NCBI GenBank assembly: GCA_964016885.1
Contig: OZ024742.1
Span: forward strand, 177,816,001 to 177,880,000
Direction of reading: 5' to 3'
Origin: Eledone cirrhosa
Taxonomy: Eukaryota
Length of the DNA: 64,000 nt
The notes under the pieces were generated by a model. The model was given only the letters and a program-made list of their open reading frames with translations. It was not told where the DNA came from and did not search any database. The translations under genes and the position numbers were made by a program. Shown in pieces: positions 12,490-25,639 of the stretch (positions are counted from its first letter, which is position 1; each line of letters starts with the position of its first letter).

Positions 12490-13039
12490 CCCCACACATA
12501 CATACACACACACATATATATATATACATACACACATACAAACATACACACACACACACACACACATATATATACACACATACACACACATATATATACA
12601 CACACACACACACACACATGCATATATATATATATATACACATACGCATACATCCAGATACCCACATACATACACACACACACACACACACGCACACACA
12701 ATACATACATCCACATGCACACACATACTCACACACACACACACACACATACATACACCCACACACAGAGAAATGGCCTTCAAATATATATATATATATA
12801 TACATACAGACACATATATTTTTTCCATAATATAAGAAGTTGGGGCAGTGAAATTAAAATAATTCTGTGTGCGCATATATACATAGATATACGTGTGTGC
12901 ACGTGCAGGGTTTAACATGGATGTGTTGGTCACACAAAGGCATGGTCTGTCAATGAATAAACCTGATTCTACAGAATTGGTCTCTGGTCTTTAATAGTAG
13001 TGATTCCGTGCGTATGTGTGTTTATATTTTATGACAATT

Positions 13040-13652
13040 CTATTGGGGTGATAACCCGTTTAGTTTTGGTTTAAATTTGTTAAGGAATAGATTTTCTTTG
13101 TTTATTCTTTGTTGTTGTGTGAACGAATCTGAGCACTTGTAGAAGGGGAAGATTTTAAAGTTGGGTAGTGTCATTCCTGCGCAGTTCGCAATATGGCTGC
13201 TCAAGGGGATTTTTCTTGTGTTAGCGTCCCGGATTTGTTGGCGGTGGATGGTCATTCTTTTGCGTAATGATGTGCCCGTCTGTCCTATGTAGTTGTGTTT
13301 GCACCCACCGCAAGTTATTGCGTAAATCAAGTTCTCCGAGTTGCAGGTGAAATTGTTTTTTACTGTAAATGTTTGGCCATCTTTGAATGTAAATGTTTGT
13401 CCTTCAGTGAGGTAGAGGCACGTTCCACAGTTTGTTCTACCACATTTGGTAACTGTAGGGTTGAGGATTGGTTTGGGTATATTTGGTCCAGTGAGAATGC
13501 GTTTAAGTGATTTGGGTTGTCTTTTACTTTTAAGGATCTTGTGTGTTTCAAGAATAGACTTCATTTTTACATCTTTAAGTAGGATGGGGAGGTTTTTGTG
13601 TAGGTGATCAAACATTTCGGTATTTCTGGGGTTGAAAGTGGATACATATGGC
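13040..13652 (-). pseudogene. Duplicated 3' part of ORF2 (linker plus GIY-YIG) inside the upstream tandem pLTR
   Basis: Near-identical to 8220-8832; two substitutions noticed, one D>H and one silent. Confidence 0.9.
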
Positions 13653-14003
13653 CCAACTTCTTATATTATGGAAAAAATATATGTGTCTGTATGTATATAT
13701 ATATATATATATTTGAAGGCCATTTCTCTGTGTGTGGGTGTATGTATGTGTGTGTGTGTGTGTGTGAGTATGTGTGTGCATGTGGATGTATGTATTGTGT
13801 GTGCGTGTGTGTGTGTGTGTGTATGTATGTGGGTATCTGGATGTATGCGTATGTGTATATATATATATATATGCATGTGTGTGTGTGTGTGTGTGTATAT
13901 ATATGTGTGTGTATGTGTGTATATATATGTGTGTGTGTGTGTGTGTGTATGTTTGTATGTGTGTATGTATATATATATATGTGTGTGTGTATGTATGTGT
14001 GGG

Positions 14004-14102
<99 letters not shown>

Positions 14103-14133
14103 GTGTATCTGGATGTATGTGTATGTATATATA

Positions 14134-14186
<53 letters not shown>

Positions 14187-14247
14187 ATGTGTATATATGT
14201 GTGTGTGTGTGTGTATGTATATGTATGTGTGTGTGTATGTATGTGTG

Positions 14248-14286
<39 letters not shown>

Positions 14287-14557
14287 GTATGTGTATGTAT
14301 GTGTGGATGAAGGTATGTGTGTGTATATTGCTTCCACCCCCTCACTGACCAGCAGCTGGCTATTGCTAAATCTGACCTTTATAAAATAACCCACACCCCA
14401 AATAACTTCTCATTCACTACCAGAAAGGGACACAGCAGTCAACCTGTTGTTGCTACCTAGATGAAAACTGGTATGAAATCCCACAATGAATTTTATACTT
14501 GAATTTTCAAGTCTCAAATTTTAACTCTTCGTATTATTAATTTTTCTTAATATTAAT

Positions 14558-14608
14558 CAACATTTGAAAAGATGGCTTTTGCAGACCCATCGAAACCGGT
14601 CATTTTTT
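14558..14608 (+). ncRNA. Same hammerhead, in the inverted pLTR copy
   Basis: caacatTTGAAAAgatggcttttgcagacccatcGAAAccggTCatttt. Confidence 0.65.
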
Positions 14609-14742
14609 ATACCCTTTATTATTTCCTTACCTTATAAAATTATGTTTTTTCACAAAAAAGTATTCTGTCTCTTATATATTCCATGTGCCATTACCAACCT
14701 CAATTTTCTCTATAACCTTCGTTTTGTGTAGAAAATTACACT

Positions 14743-14787
<45 letters not shown>

Positions 14788-15124
14788 TATACATAAACAT
14801 GGATGGATGTAAGTAGGTTTCTAAATTTGTAGGTGTATACAGGATCTCTGTAAGAAAATTTAACATTTGACAGATCATTATAATTTAAAATGTACGTATT
14901 ATATAATATAGTACAACTGCTCACATATATATAAGATATAAAGATAATTTAATTTGTTACCGTACTTCTCGAATTTCCTCTAAACTGGGGGAGTATTATC
15001 AAGTAGTTTGTATATAAATTATTATAACTTACATATCTTGAACTACGACATACTTCTAAATAATCACTATTGAGCGGATTTTAAGAATTCTCATTGAAAT
15101 AATTACACACACAAACGCACACAG

Positions 15125-15157
<33 letters not shown>

Positions 15158-15516
15158 GATGTATATATCAGAATCGAAATGTTGAATCTCAGAGGGCCGG
15201 AACTGCAACCACAAATCATTATAACCAAATACCCCCCACCATATATATACATATATTTATATATATATATATAGTAATAATTATAAATTTGAAGACTAAA
15301 ATCCAAAGAGGGCTAGATAAGGATAAATATATATCAAATATATAAGAACCGTAGAGCAAATATTTATTAAAATAACAGATTAAAGTTTAAGCAAAGAATC
15401 GCTGCTTTCACCCTTAACGGGATCTTCTGAAACTAACAGAGTCAATCTGTAAACGCAGAAGTGGATATTTCAAAAAACGTTGCAACCGAACCGGGGGAAG
15501 ACAGGAAGACGATACT

Positions 15517-15793
15517 TTGGTTCGTGGAAACGTTCCCTGGCAAAGAACGGGAAAAAGCGAATATAATACGTCATGAATAGGGGCGGTGAAAAGCAATTAC
15601 GCGCAAAGACAGAACCACGTTTATGGTATAAAAGAGGTCGTAGACTAATGTTCTATTATGTGGTTCATAGAGACTTCTCTGGCAATGAACGAAGAAAACG
15701 AAGATAATACGTCATATGTGGACCGTGGAGAACAATTGCAAGCAAAGACAAAACCACGCAAATGGTATAGCTGAAGTCGTAGACTAAATTCTA
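15517..15793. repeat. Diverged ~140-bp tandem duplication
   Basis: tggttc..ctggcaa.gaacg..ataatacgtcat..gcaaagaca.aaccacg..atggtata..gtcgtagactaa..tcta occurs twice. Confidence 0.7.
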
Positions 15794-16525
15794 ACTAGGA
15801 AACCGAATGAATCTCCGCTTCAGAGTTAAGAATAAAGTAAATAAATGCAATACAGAGGTAATAGAAATTAAATAAATGCATACACGCATGCAAATACGTA
15901 CATACACAAGCATACGCAAAACACTTGCCATAGGTATACAAAACCACACACATATACAATGTGTGTGTGTGTGTGCGTGTATACAAATAAATAAATAATT
16001 AAATAAACGTATAAAATAAATAAATACGTATATAACAAGCGCACACACATACCTACATGTAAATACACAAATGTTCAGAGACGTAAGTCAACCAAAACAT
16101 GAAGTACACATATACACACACCCTACATACGTACGAACCTGCATACTCACGCAGACGCAAAACTCCTGTATACACATAACCAAACCATATGTACCAGAAT
16201 ATATAGAAAATGCATACGCCATAACATAATCAATCAAATATACGTATGAGAAAGTATACGTACCTTCACAAAACATACAGGTAATATATACTTATCTATG
16301 CAAATAAGTAATGGTATAAACAAAACAAATACTTAGCTACCACATCAAGACGTAAAATATCCACGTATAGATCGTACTATCCGCTAGGGTATAATGTGGG
16401 GCTGTAATACAGGAAAGTTTTGTGCAATTTATGTTTACAAGCCGAAATTGTCTCAGACTTTTTGTTTAAGATGTGGTTTGTGGCGTAGAGTATTTCCAGG
16501 GCCTCAGCGGGCGCAGAGGTCACAT

Positions 16526-16624
<99 letters not shown>

Positions 16625-16950
16625 GCTTTGTTGGTTCACCACTGGATAGAACTGGTCATTCCGTATAGTCAACCTTGATGTAATATTAGGGAGAGCATTC
16701 GACGCAATTCAACTGACCCGTCTTCGTTTGTGTTGTTGGTGGTGCGATTACGGAGTTAATTATTATAAGATAACAGGAGGCTGGACTGGTGTGAATCCTT
16801 AAAAGGTTTATTATACTATGATCATTTCAATGACCGGGTTCAGTATGAATCAGGTGAGATCATCAGGTATTCGAAATATAACAAAGGAATATAATAGACA
16901 AAATCAAAGGGGCTGAAAACCAGAGACATGAGGGCGACCAAACATTTAGC
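16625..16950 (-). mobile_element. PLE pLTR remnant with hammerhead at 16813-16870; same family as 47090-47420
   Basis: AUAC-CUGAUGA-[31 nt]-GAAA-UGAUCA-UA-GUAU on the minus strand; abuts (TA)n. Confidence 0.7.
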
Positions 16951-17264
16951 AGCTTCTGCCTCGGTCGGCCGCCCTCAAGTGGTGATTATTAAGCCTACTT
17001 ATGTCCATCTGGTGAAGGGGCGTAGGCTTATAGTTTACTACTACCACCCCGTCGAAGACAGAGGCCAGCGTTGGGATCAGGTTACAATCAAGCTGGTCAT
17101 GAGTGCTAGAAAGTGCCGCGAAAAATATTTTTTCAAAGAACATATATCTTTAACAAAACTATATATAGTAATATATAGTGGGCGTCTGCATAGTATAATG
17201 TATGGACAGAAATTACGATTAACAATTAGAAACGTTAAATTATATGTATGTATTTATATATATA

Positions 17265-17300
<36 letters not shown>

Positions 17301-17808
17301 TGTATATAACCAAATGAAAAAGATATATGTATATATATAGAGAAAGGGCCATATATCGTATAAGAAACACAGTATAATGTATATATACCAAATACATATT
17401 CTATAGAAGAATATGTACATAGGCGGAATCATCAGAGAAGCCTTATAGCGCTATTTCTTAACTTGAGAGTGTAGCTCAAAATCAATCTATGAAAACGATT
17501 ATTGAACAAATCAATCAATATAACCGATCATCGAAGACAAACTATCGATTATGATTAAACCACATGAGACACAGGGGCTCATCAGAGTTTGTCTCACAAT
17601 TCTAAGGGAAATATAGAATGAAGATGGTAAATAAGACAATATACTTGCCGATATCCATAGGTATGTCCGACGAGACCGTCATGCTGAGAAGCACATGATG
17701 ATATCACGTTAAACCCAAGGCAAATAGATAACAAGGTGGTCGTAAACTCCGCTAGAAATAGGAGCGGGGATTATAGCCATTGAGGTCAACATGTTAAGAG
17801 ATTTGGAG

Positions 17809-18138
17809 CCGTTAAATACAAATAATTGTTTCTACTTTAGGCACAAGGCCAGCAATTACCCAGTACATTACTGGTACTTTATTTTATCGACCCCGTAAGG
17901 ATGAAAGGCAAAGTTAACCTCGGCGGGATTTGAACTCAAGATAATTGTTTCTACTTTAGGCACAAGGCCAGCAATTACCCAGCACATTACTGGTACTTTA
18001 TTTTATCGACCCCGTAAGGATGAAAGGCAAAGTTAACCTTGGCGGGATTTGAACTCAGATCATAAAGGGACGTAACTTTATGCTAGAAAGCATGGCGTCC
18101 AACCCTCTACCGATACACTACCGTTAAATACAAATAAT
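17809..18138 (-). mobile_element. Nin-domain SINE with tandemly reiterated 3' 120 bp inside one 18-bp target-site duplication
   Basis: 17822-17939 matches 17941-18058; TSD ccgttaaatacaaataat at 17809 and 18121. Confidence 0.85.
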
Positions 18139-18171
18139 GAATGAAAACATATCAGATACGTTTAGAAATTT

Positions 18172-18203
18172 TGTTTCTCAATAACCAAGCTCAATAGACA
18201 TTA

Positions 18204-18275
<72 letters not shown>

Positions 18276-18276
18276 C

Positions 18277-18364
<88 letters not shown>

Positions 18365-18413
18365 GTATATATAAAAGATAGATAATATCTATTGAGCTTG
18401 CTTATTGAGAAAC

Positions 18414-18415
<2 letters not shown>
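18172..18415. repeat. ~40-bp inverted repeat enclosing a (CT)n(TA)n tract
   Basis: tgtttctcaataaccaagctcaatagacattatct versus agataatatctattgagcttgcttattgagaaaca. Confidence 0.8.
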
Positions 18416-18456
<41 letters not shown>

Positions 18457-19019
18457 TTGCGAGGTTTTTTATATGAAATCGTGTGTCGAAACAGATATTG
18501 TTATATTTGGGGAGGGTCATATTTGCGTAATATTGCCAGAATTAATAACAGAACACACTCACTGTTTGGTTGGTTTTCGCTTCTCGCTGTCTTTTATATA
18601 TATATATCTGCGATCTAACTTACTCGGTCCTCAATGTTGCCATTGACTGACCGGCGGTCAAAAATAATACAGATACAATATAGACAAACACATATATATA
18701 TAGTTTACATAAATCTTTCGTTGCACATCTGCAACATCGTCAGTGGTGTTATATTCATTGTTCCTCCTGTTGTGTTGTATGTCTACGCCATTTTTTTTGT
18801 TCAGTCTGTCTATATATTTATTTATTTATTTATTTGCTTGTTTGTTTATCTTATTTTATTTTGTCTTCTTTGCGCATGCGTTTGCGTGTGTGTATAGTGT
18901 TATGTGTGATGTGTGACTAGTGTGTATAGTGTTGTGTCTGCTGGGTGACTAGTGTGTGTTTATGTGCTTGTGTATGTATTTATTTATCTTATTTTATTTA
19001 ATTTAATTTACTTATTTAT

Positions 19020-19955
19020 TTATACTTCTCTTAGGTCAGTGTTGTTTGTTTGGGTGTTGTTGTTGTTCCACTCATTCTTTCTGTTTAGCTTTGGTCTTCT
19101 AATTTCTATTTCACTGGCCTCTCTGATTTGCCTATCTGCTGGGTCATTCCTATGTTTAGATATTATTCTAATTTCTATGTTGTCTATGTTACCGTCATGA
19201 TGTTGTCTAGCATGTTCGTATAGTACTGACCCGTTTTTTCGTCCTTTTAGTTCCCCCCAGTGTTGGTCTATCCTTTCACCTATGCTACGAGCTGTCTCAC
19301 CTATGTATGTTGTTGTCGTGTTTCTGCAAGTACCCTCTGTACATCTTATGCTATAGACTACGTTTCTAGTTTTACAGTTTATCCGGGGGTTCACCTTACA
19401 TATGATACATTTCCTATTGGTACAGTGGGTTTTCTTAAAAGGGTAGGTTTTGCTGATCAGGGATTTTATGGTGGTTCCTGGCTTTTCTACCACCTTTATT
19501 TTTAAGTGGGTCTTTCTCAGGGCCTTTCTACACTGGTTAGCTAATTTCCCTCCAGGGGTGGCGTCCACAAACATGACACTCTGATATCTCTGGTTGTCGT
19601 ACCATGATGTGGCCTTCCCTATCTTATGTCTAGCCCTATCTAAGCTATTCCATGATTTGCTCCTGTATAGTGGGCAAATTCCTTTCATGTCCAGTTCTAT
19701 GAGGGTCTTATACTTTTCCATGGCTCCTTCGTATACTCTGACTCTGTCTCTTTGGTTGTAGCCAGAGAACTGCATGCGGTTGATGAAGTGTTTGGATGTG
19801 TCCTTCCATTTCTGTTGGGTCGCACATGCTGGACACATTCTTCATCACTCGTACCAAATCTGCGATCAGAATATTAAACTTAGCACTACTGGACATTGCT
19901 GAGTTTTTGAGTATCAGGTATTTGGAGGCCATGGGTTTAGCATAGTGTGAGTGGA
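19020..19955 (-). pseudogene. Inverted duplicate of the PLE thumb/GIY-YIG region with a +1 frameshift near 19792
   Basis: Has TTG where the plus arm has TAG, but carries an extra A in catccaaacac. Confidence 0.88.
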
Positions 19956-21693
19956 CCTCCTCAGCAGAATCAGTGAGTGCAACAAAAACAGGAGCCTATC
20001 CAACTGCATAATAGGCAGCATGGATGTGGTGTCACTGTACCCATCCATTAACATTGATATTGCTGTGAAAAGATGTGTGGAGATGATCATTGAGAGTGAG
20101 GTGGAGTTCTGCGACGTCGACACAGACGAACTGGGCCTCCTACTTAGACTTACCTACGACACTGACTACCTAGACAGCCATGACCTTAGATGTTTCTGCC
20201 CTAGTAGACCTATAAGAGGTAGACCCCCCACCATAACCTCAATGGCTAAAAAGACTCCCATAGGAAGGTGGATTGGGTGGACCAAAGCTATACGGACCCC
20301 CCAAAACACTGATCAGGTAAGAAAAATGGTCGCACATGCAATAGGGGCTAGTATCAAAACTACCCTAAAGGGCCACATATTTAAGTTCAATGAGAAAATC
20401 TACACCCAAAATGAGGGAGCAGCCATCGGCGTCAGCATAGCTGGCGATGTTGCCAACCTTTTCATGGTATGGTGGGAAAGGAGACTTAAAGATCTCCTTA
20501 ATGAAAGCTCCATAGACCTCATCATGTACTCTCGTTATGTAGACGATATCAATATAGTTGTAAGAACACCCCCACTAGAGAGCACTAACAAGTTTGATTT
20601 AGAACGTAGCACGATGGAAAGCATCCAGCAGATAGCTAATTCCATACACCAGAGTATAACTGTAACTATAGACTTCCCTTCCAAACACCCTAACAATAGA
20701 CTACCTGTATTAGACACAGAACTCTGGATTAACACTATAGACGAGAGAGCCCAAATTCTCCACTCACACTATGCTAAACCCATGGCCTCCAAATACCTGA
20801 TACTCAAAAACTCAGCAATGTCCAGTAGTGCTAAGTTTAATATTCTGATCGCAGATTAGGTACGAGTGATGAAGAATGTGTCCAGCATGTGCGACCCAAC
20901 AGAAATGGAAGGACACATCCAACACTTCATCAACCGCATGCAGTTCTCTGGCTACAACCAAAGAGACAGAGTCAGAGTATACGAAGGAGCCATGGAAAAG
21001 TATAAGACCCTCATAGAACTGGACATGAAAGGAATTTGCCCACTATACAGGAGCAAATCATGGAATAGCTTAGATAGGGCTAGACATAAGATAGGGAAGG
21101 CCACATCATGGTACGACAACCAGAGATATCAGAGTGTCATGTTTGTGGACGCCACCCCTGGAGGGAAATTAGCTAACCAGTGTAGAAAGGCCCTGAGAAA
21201 GACCCACTTAAAAATAAAGGTGGTAGAAAAGCCAGGAACCACCATAAAATCCCTGATCAGCAAAACCTACCCTTTTAAGAAAACCCACTGTACCAATAGG
21301 AAATGTATCATATGTAAGGTGAACCCCCGGATAAACTGTAAAACTAGAAACGTAGTCTATAGCATAAGATGTACAGAGGGTACTTGCAGAAACACGACAA
21401 CAACATACATAGGTGAGACAGCTCGTAGCATAGGTGAAAGGATAGACCAACACTGGGGGGAACTAAAAGGACGAAAAAACGGGTCAGTACTATACGAACA
21501 TGCTAGACAACATCATGACGGTAACATAGACAACATAGAAATTAGAATAATATCTAAACATAGGAATGACCCAGCAGATAGGCAAATCAGAGAGGCCAGT
21601 GAAATAGAAATTAGAAGACCAAAGCTAAACAGAAAGAATGAGTGGAACAACAACAACACCCAAACAAACAACACTGACCTAAGAGAAGTATAA
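19951..21693 (+). pseudogene. PLE RT plus GIY-YIG, 5'-truncated, with one in-frame TAG at 20857
   Basis: SMDVVSLYPSI, GAAIG, RYVDD, LPVLD, YAKPMAS, CTNRKCIIC, NVVYSIRC..YIGETAR..R..H, IREA..LN. Confidence 0.92.
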
Positions 21694-21963
21694 ATAAATA
21701 AGTAAATTAAATTAAATAAAATAAGATAAATAAATACATACACAAGCACATAAACACACACTAGTCACCCAGCAGACACAACACTATACACACTAGTCAC
21801 ACATCACACATAACACTATACACACACGCAAACGCATGCGCAAAGAAGACAAAATAAAATAAGATAAACAAACAAGCAAATAAATAAATAAATAAATATA
21901 TAGACAGACTGAACAAAAAAAATGGCGTAGACATACAACACAACAGGAGGAACAATGAATATA

Positions 21964-22006
21964 ACACCACTGACGATGTTGCAGATGTGCAACGAAAGAT
22001 TTATGT
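21964..22006 (+). ncRNA. Minimal hammerhead in the PLE2 pLTR (mirror copy at 18707-18749 on minus)
   Basis: CUGACGA-U-GUUGCA-GAUG-UGCAAC-GAAA-GAUU-UA; short stem I. Confidence 0.6.
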
Positions 22007-22620
22007 AAACTATATATATATGTGTTTGTCTATATTGTATCTGTATTATTTTTGACCGCCGGTCAGTCAATGGCAACATTGAGGACCGAGTAAGTTAGAT
22101 CGCAGATATATATATATAAAAGACAGCGAGAAGCGAAAACCAACCAAACAGTGAGTGTGTTCTGTTATTAATTCTGGCAATATTACGCAAATATGACCCT
22201 CCCCAAATATAACAATATATATATATATATATATATTTATTAAAATAACAGATTCAAGTTTAAGCAAAGAATCGCTGCTTTCACCCTTAACGGGATATAT
22301 GTGTGTGTGTGTGTAAAAGGTAAACACAAATAACAACACAATCGGTACTGTATATGGAAGGGATATATTAGGTTAACGCTTGATATAGCAGGAAGAGGGT
22401 CTTCGGACGCTAGTCTTTCATCAGAAGAAAGAAAGAGAAATAAGATAGATTGAGAGAGAGAGAGAGGAGTAAGTAAGAGAGAGACAGAGCGAAAGAGAGA
22501 GATTACTATGCTGTGTCGGAGAGTATTCACATTTTAAAAAAAGATACTTAATACTAGAACTGTTTCATTCGTATGAAAGTCATTTCTATATATGTAAAAG
22601 CGATATATATATATATATAT

Positions 22621-23052
22621 GCAAAAGTTCTATTTAAATTGTTGGGATACAACAAGCAAATATTATTATAACTGATATAAAACACTCGACAAATATTTGG
22701 AGTAGATATACAATATTAATAAATGGAAACTATATTTATAAAACCATATTTATTTCATTATATATATTTCAAGGATACCAAGTTAAATCATGGTATGCCT
22801 TCATCAGACAAAATACAATATATAACAGTTTTACAAATAGATATTGACGTACCCTTTCAAAAAGGTGACCGTTGTTTTTGGAGGCCATCCGGATAGATTA
22901 TCCGGATGGCCTCCAAAAACAAATATCTATTTGTAAAACTGTTATATATTGTATTTTGTCTGATGAAGGCATACCATGATTTAACTTGGTATCCTTGAAA
23001 TATATATAATGAAATAAATATGGTTTTATAAATATAGTTTCCATTTATTAAT

Positions 23053-23060
<8 letters not shown>
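22621..23060. mobile_element. Non-coding fold-back element in (TA)n with two intact hammerheads (22751-22815 minus, 22952-23016 plus)
   Basis: Arms 22709-22845 and 22921-23058; central 24-bp perfect hairpin 22872-22922; UAUUUUGU-CUGAUGA-AGGCAUACCA..UGGUAUCCUU-GAAA-UAUAUA-UA-AUGAAAUA. Confidence 0.85.
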
Positions 23061-23099
<39 letters not shown>

Positions 23100-23324
23100 G
23101 ACTATCTGTTATCAAGCTCTCCTGAGGGTTTCTTACTATTGTGTTAAACTATATTTTTGAAACATATTATAAAAAGATTTCTATTTCTATTTTGTCTCTA
23201 GCCGGAAAACAATTATATAAACAATTATATAAATATTTAACCAAAAATATGTCTTCATTCTAATGAATGTTTGAAAGATTATCATTTATTTGAAGATTTT
23301 AATGATTTTAAACTAATAATCATT

Positions 23325-23700
23325 GTTCATACTTTGGCACAAGGCTAGCAATTTGACAGAAATGGGATTGTCGATTAAATTCACCCCCAATGCATTACGG
23401 TTGTTTTATTTTATCGACCCCATAAAGACGAAGGCGAAGTACGAATCGACAAGTTCCAAGACTTAAATCGCTTATCGAGATGGGCTGAACTCGTCAGAAT
23501 GCACAAAAGAAACCATGCATCGATCAATCTTTTCAATTGCTAATACGATAGTTAGATTTAACGGTTGCAACTCCTGGCTGATGGAGCAAGGTGAAATAAG
23601 TTGTCTTGCTCATGGACATAACGTATCGCCCAGCCTGGCATTCGAACTTACAACCTCACGATTGTCAATCCAACTTTCTAAATACTATGCACTGCACATC
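23325..23700 (-). mobile_element. Two old SINE remnants (Nin-type 23325-23450; tRNA-head type 23585-23700)
   Basis: tactttggcacaaggctagcaat..ttttatcgaccc; gtgaaataagttgtcttgctcatggacataacg..ttcgaac. Confidence 0.55.
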
Positions 23701-24289
23701 AATTGTGCGACCAATCAATTCAATATGTTTTCGTTAAACATTAGCTTGGACCTCGTTGACTTATTTTGTTAATTCGAAACTTTCAATTGGTTATTCCATG
23801 ACTGAATATCCTAACCACCAGCGCCACCCCACATGCCTTCTTACTACTCCTATTCTTTTCGTCATTCTGTCATCCTAAACTTTCAACATATTCACAATTT
23901 TTCCTTAGATATTTACCCTTTCTCAAAACCTTTTGCTTTATCTACAACCATCCACCTCTCACTCACTTTCTATCAATAAAACCTGTCCTCTGGCACCACT
24001 CTCTGGCACCACCCTTTGGCACCACCCTCTCAATTCCCTACCCTCTCAAAAGCATATGCTAGAATCCTCGAACTGATAGTTGACTATATATGAGATATTT
24101 TTCGAGGAGAAGACTTATTCATTGTTTTCCTACATTTACTTAATTATTACATTCTACCTTTCTGGCACTTTCCACTAACAAATATCACCTGTTCCTCTTA
24201 TTTCCACCCTCCCCACCCCACCCACCCACATATATATATATATATATATATAGGGAGAGAGAAGTAAGTGTATTATTGTATGGATCCAA

Positions 24290-24480
24290 GGACGGTGGAT
24301 TGGGAGTATTGGTAGAGGGTCGGATGCTATGCTTTGTAACATAGAGTTACGGTCCTTTACAGTCTGAGTTCAAATCCCGCCGAGGTGTTAACTTTGCCTT
24401 TCATTCTTACGAGGCCAATAAAATAAAGTACCAGTAATATACTGAATTAATTGCTGGTCTTGTGCCAAATGTAGAATCAA
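24290..24480 (+). mobile_element. Nin-domain SINE, full length, diverged
   Basis: ggtggattgg..gtagagggtcgga head, B-box gagttcaaatccc, aactttgcctttcat core, gtgccaaatgtagaa tail. Confidence 0.8.
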
Positions 24481-24879
24481 TGCGCCGCCAGGAATCGAAT
24501 TCACAATGTTACTGTCATGAGTCGAACAGCCTAACCACTAAGCTATGCACATTCACATACTTCCTTACAATACATATTCTGATATTAATATTGGTGTCTT
24601 CATTCCACATTAAACTAAAATGTTTAGCACTACTGTCATGGTGTCCAAAATATTATTGTGTTAAACAATGGATATTCATCATCTCTGTAGCGAAGGCATC
24701 CGTCATTCTTGTCCTCTTATTCTGGACAGCTAATATATTATTTTTCAATCCCTTGGTTTTGTCGGTGAGATTTTCTGTTCCATTACTTTAGAAACAATTC
24801 GAAAGCCATTTATTAACTAACCAATGAAATACATGTATTCGTGTTCAAATATGTGTACATGTGCGTCTGTGTAAATGTA

Positions 24880-24880
24880 T

Positions 24881-24934
<54 letters not shown>

Positions 24935-24970
24935 TGATAGATAAATAGATAGATAGATAGATAGATAGAT
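24880..24970. repeat. (GATA)n microsatellite
   Basis: Read directly from the sequence. Confidence 0.95.
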
Positions 24971-25344
24971 ATGTTTCTTTTTTAGCCACAGGGGCACAAA
25001 AGAAGGGGACAAATACAAAGGGGGAAGTTTACATACAATAAAAACGTGTAAAATATTATCACAAATGCAATTGAAAGGTGAATCGATTTTCCCCAATAAG
25101 GGGAGACATTTCATATAGGTAACACATACCCCAGAAAAAATGTGCAACCCTCATCTCCAGCAGTACGAAGAGTTTGTACCCCTTTCCTCTCTTCCTCCTT
25201 TTCCTCAACCTACAGGCTGATATAGAGAGAAGGCCCATTCACTCGGGCCATTCTCGCCACTTTCACCCATCTTTCATAAAACTTGCTGGGGTACAGCACC
25301 TCTCTCTTCATCCTGATTCTTCTTCAAAGTGGTATTTGAAAAAA
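24971..25344 (-). mobile_element. 5'-truncated, diverged Tx1-clade copy between (GATA)n tracts
   Basis: 25209-25340 aligns with 25639-25770 (ORF2 end ..RWVKVARMARVNGPSLYI). Same 3' terminus gatatgtttctttt as the full-length element. Confidence 0.85.
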
Positions 25345-25375
<31 letters not shown>

Positions 25376-25639
25376 TGTTTCTTTTATTTGCCACCAGGGC
25401 ATCAAAAGTGGGACAAGTACAATGGGGGGAGTTTACAAAACAAGGCGTCCTCAATAAGGAGGAGGCAATAACAATATATAAAAATAAAATAAAATATAAC
25501 AAAAAATAAAATTTATAACAAAGTCCTCAATAGAGAGGAGGCGCCTTGGGGGGTCGCACACACCCCCGAAAAAAGTGTGCAACCCTTCTCCTCAGGAGCA
25601 CAGAGAAGGGGTGCTCCCTTGGTCTTTCATCTTCCTCAC

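Larger units (their letters stand above)
18495..22218. mobile_element. Second Penelope-like element (different lineage), 5'-truncated, arranged as a 1.46-kb-arm palindrome
   Basis: 18495-19955 is the reverse complement of 20759-22218; the 803-bp spacer encodes the RT core; both ends lie in or near (TA)n. Confidence 0.92.

Noticed and set aside
17420-17600. Two minus-strand CTGATGA motifs
   Set aside because: No correctly placed GAAA or stem I/III partner was found.
20857-20859. In-frame stop in the PLE2 RT as possible recoding or selenocysteine
   Set aside because: It is TAG, not TGA, and the mirror arm has TTG (Leu), so it is an ordinary nonsense mutation.
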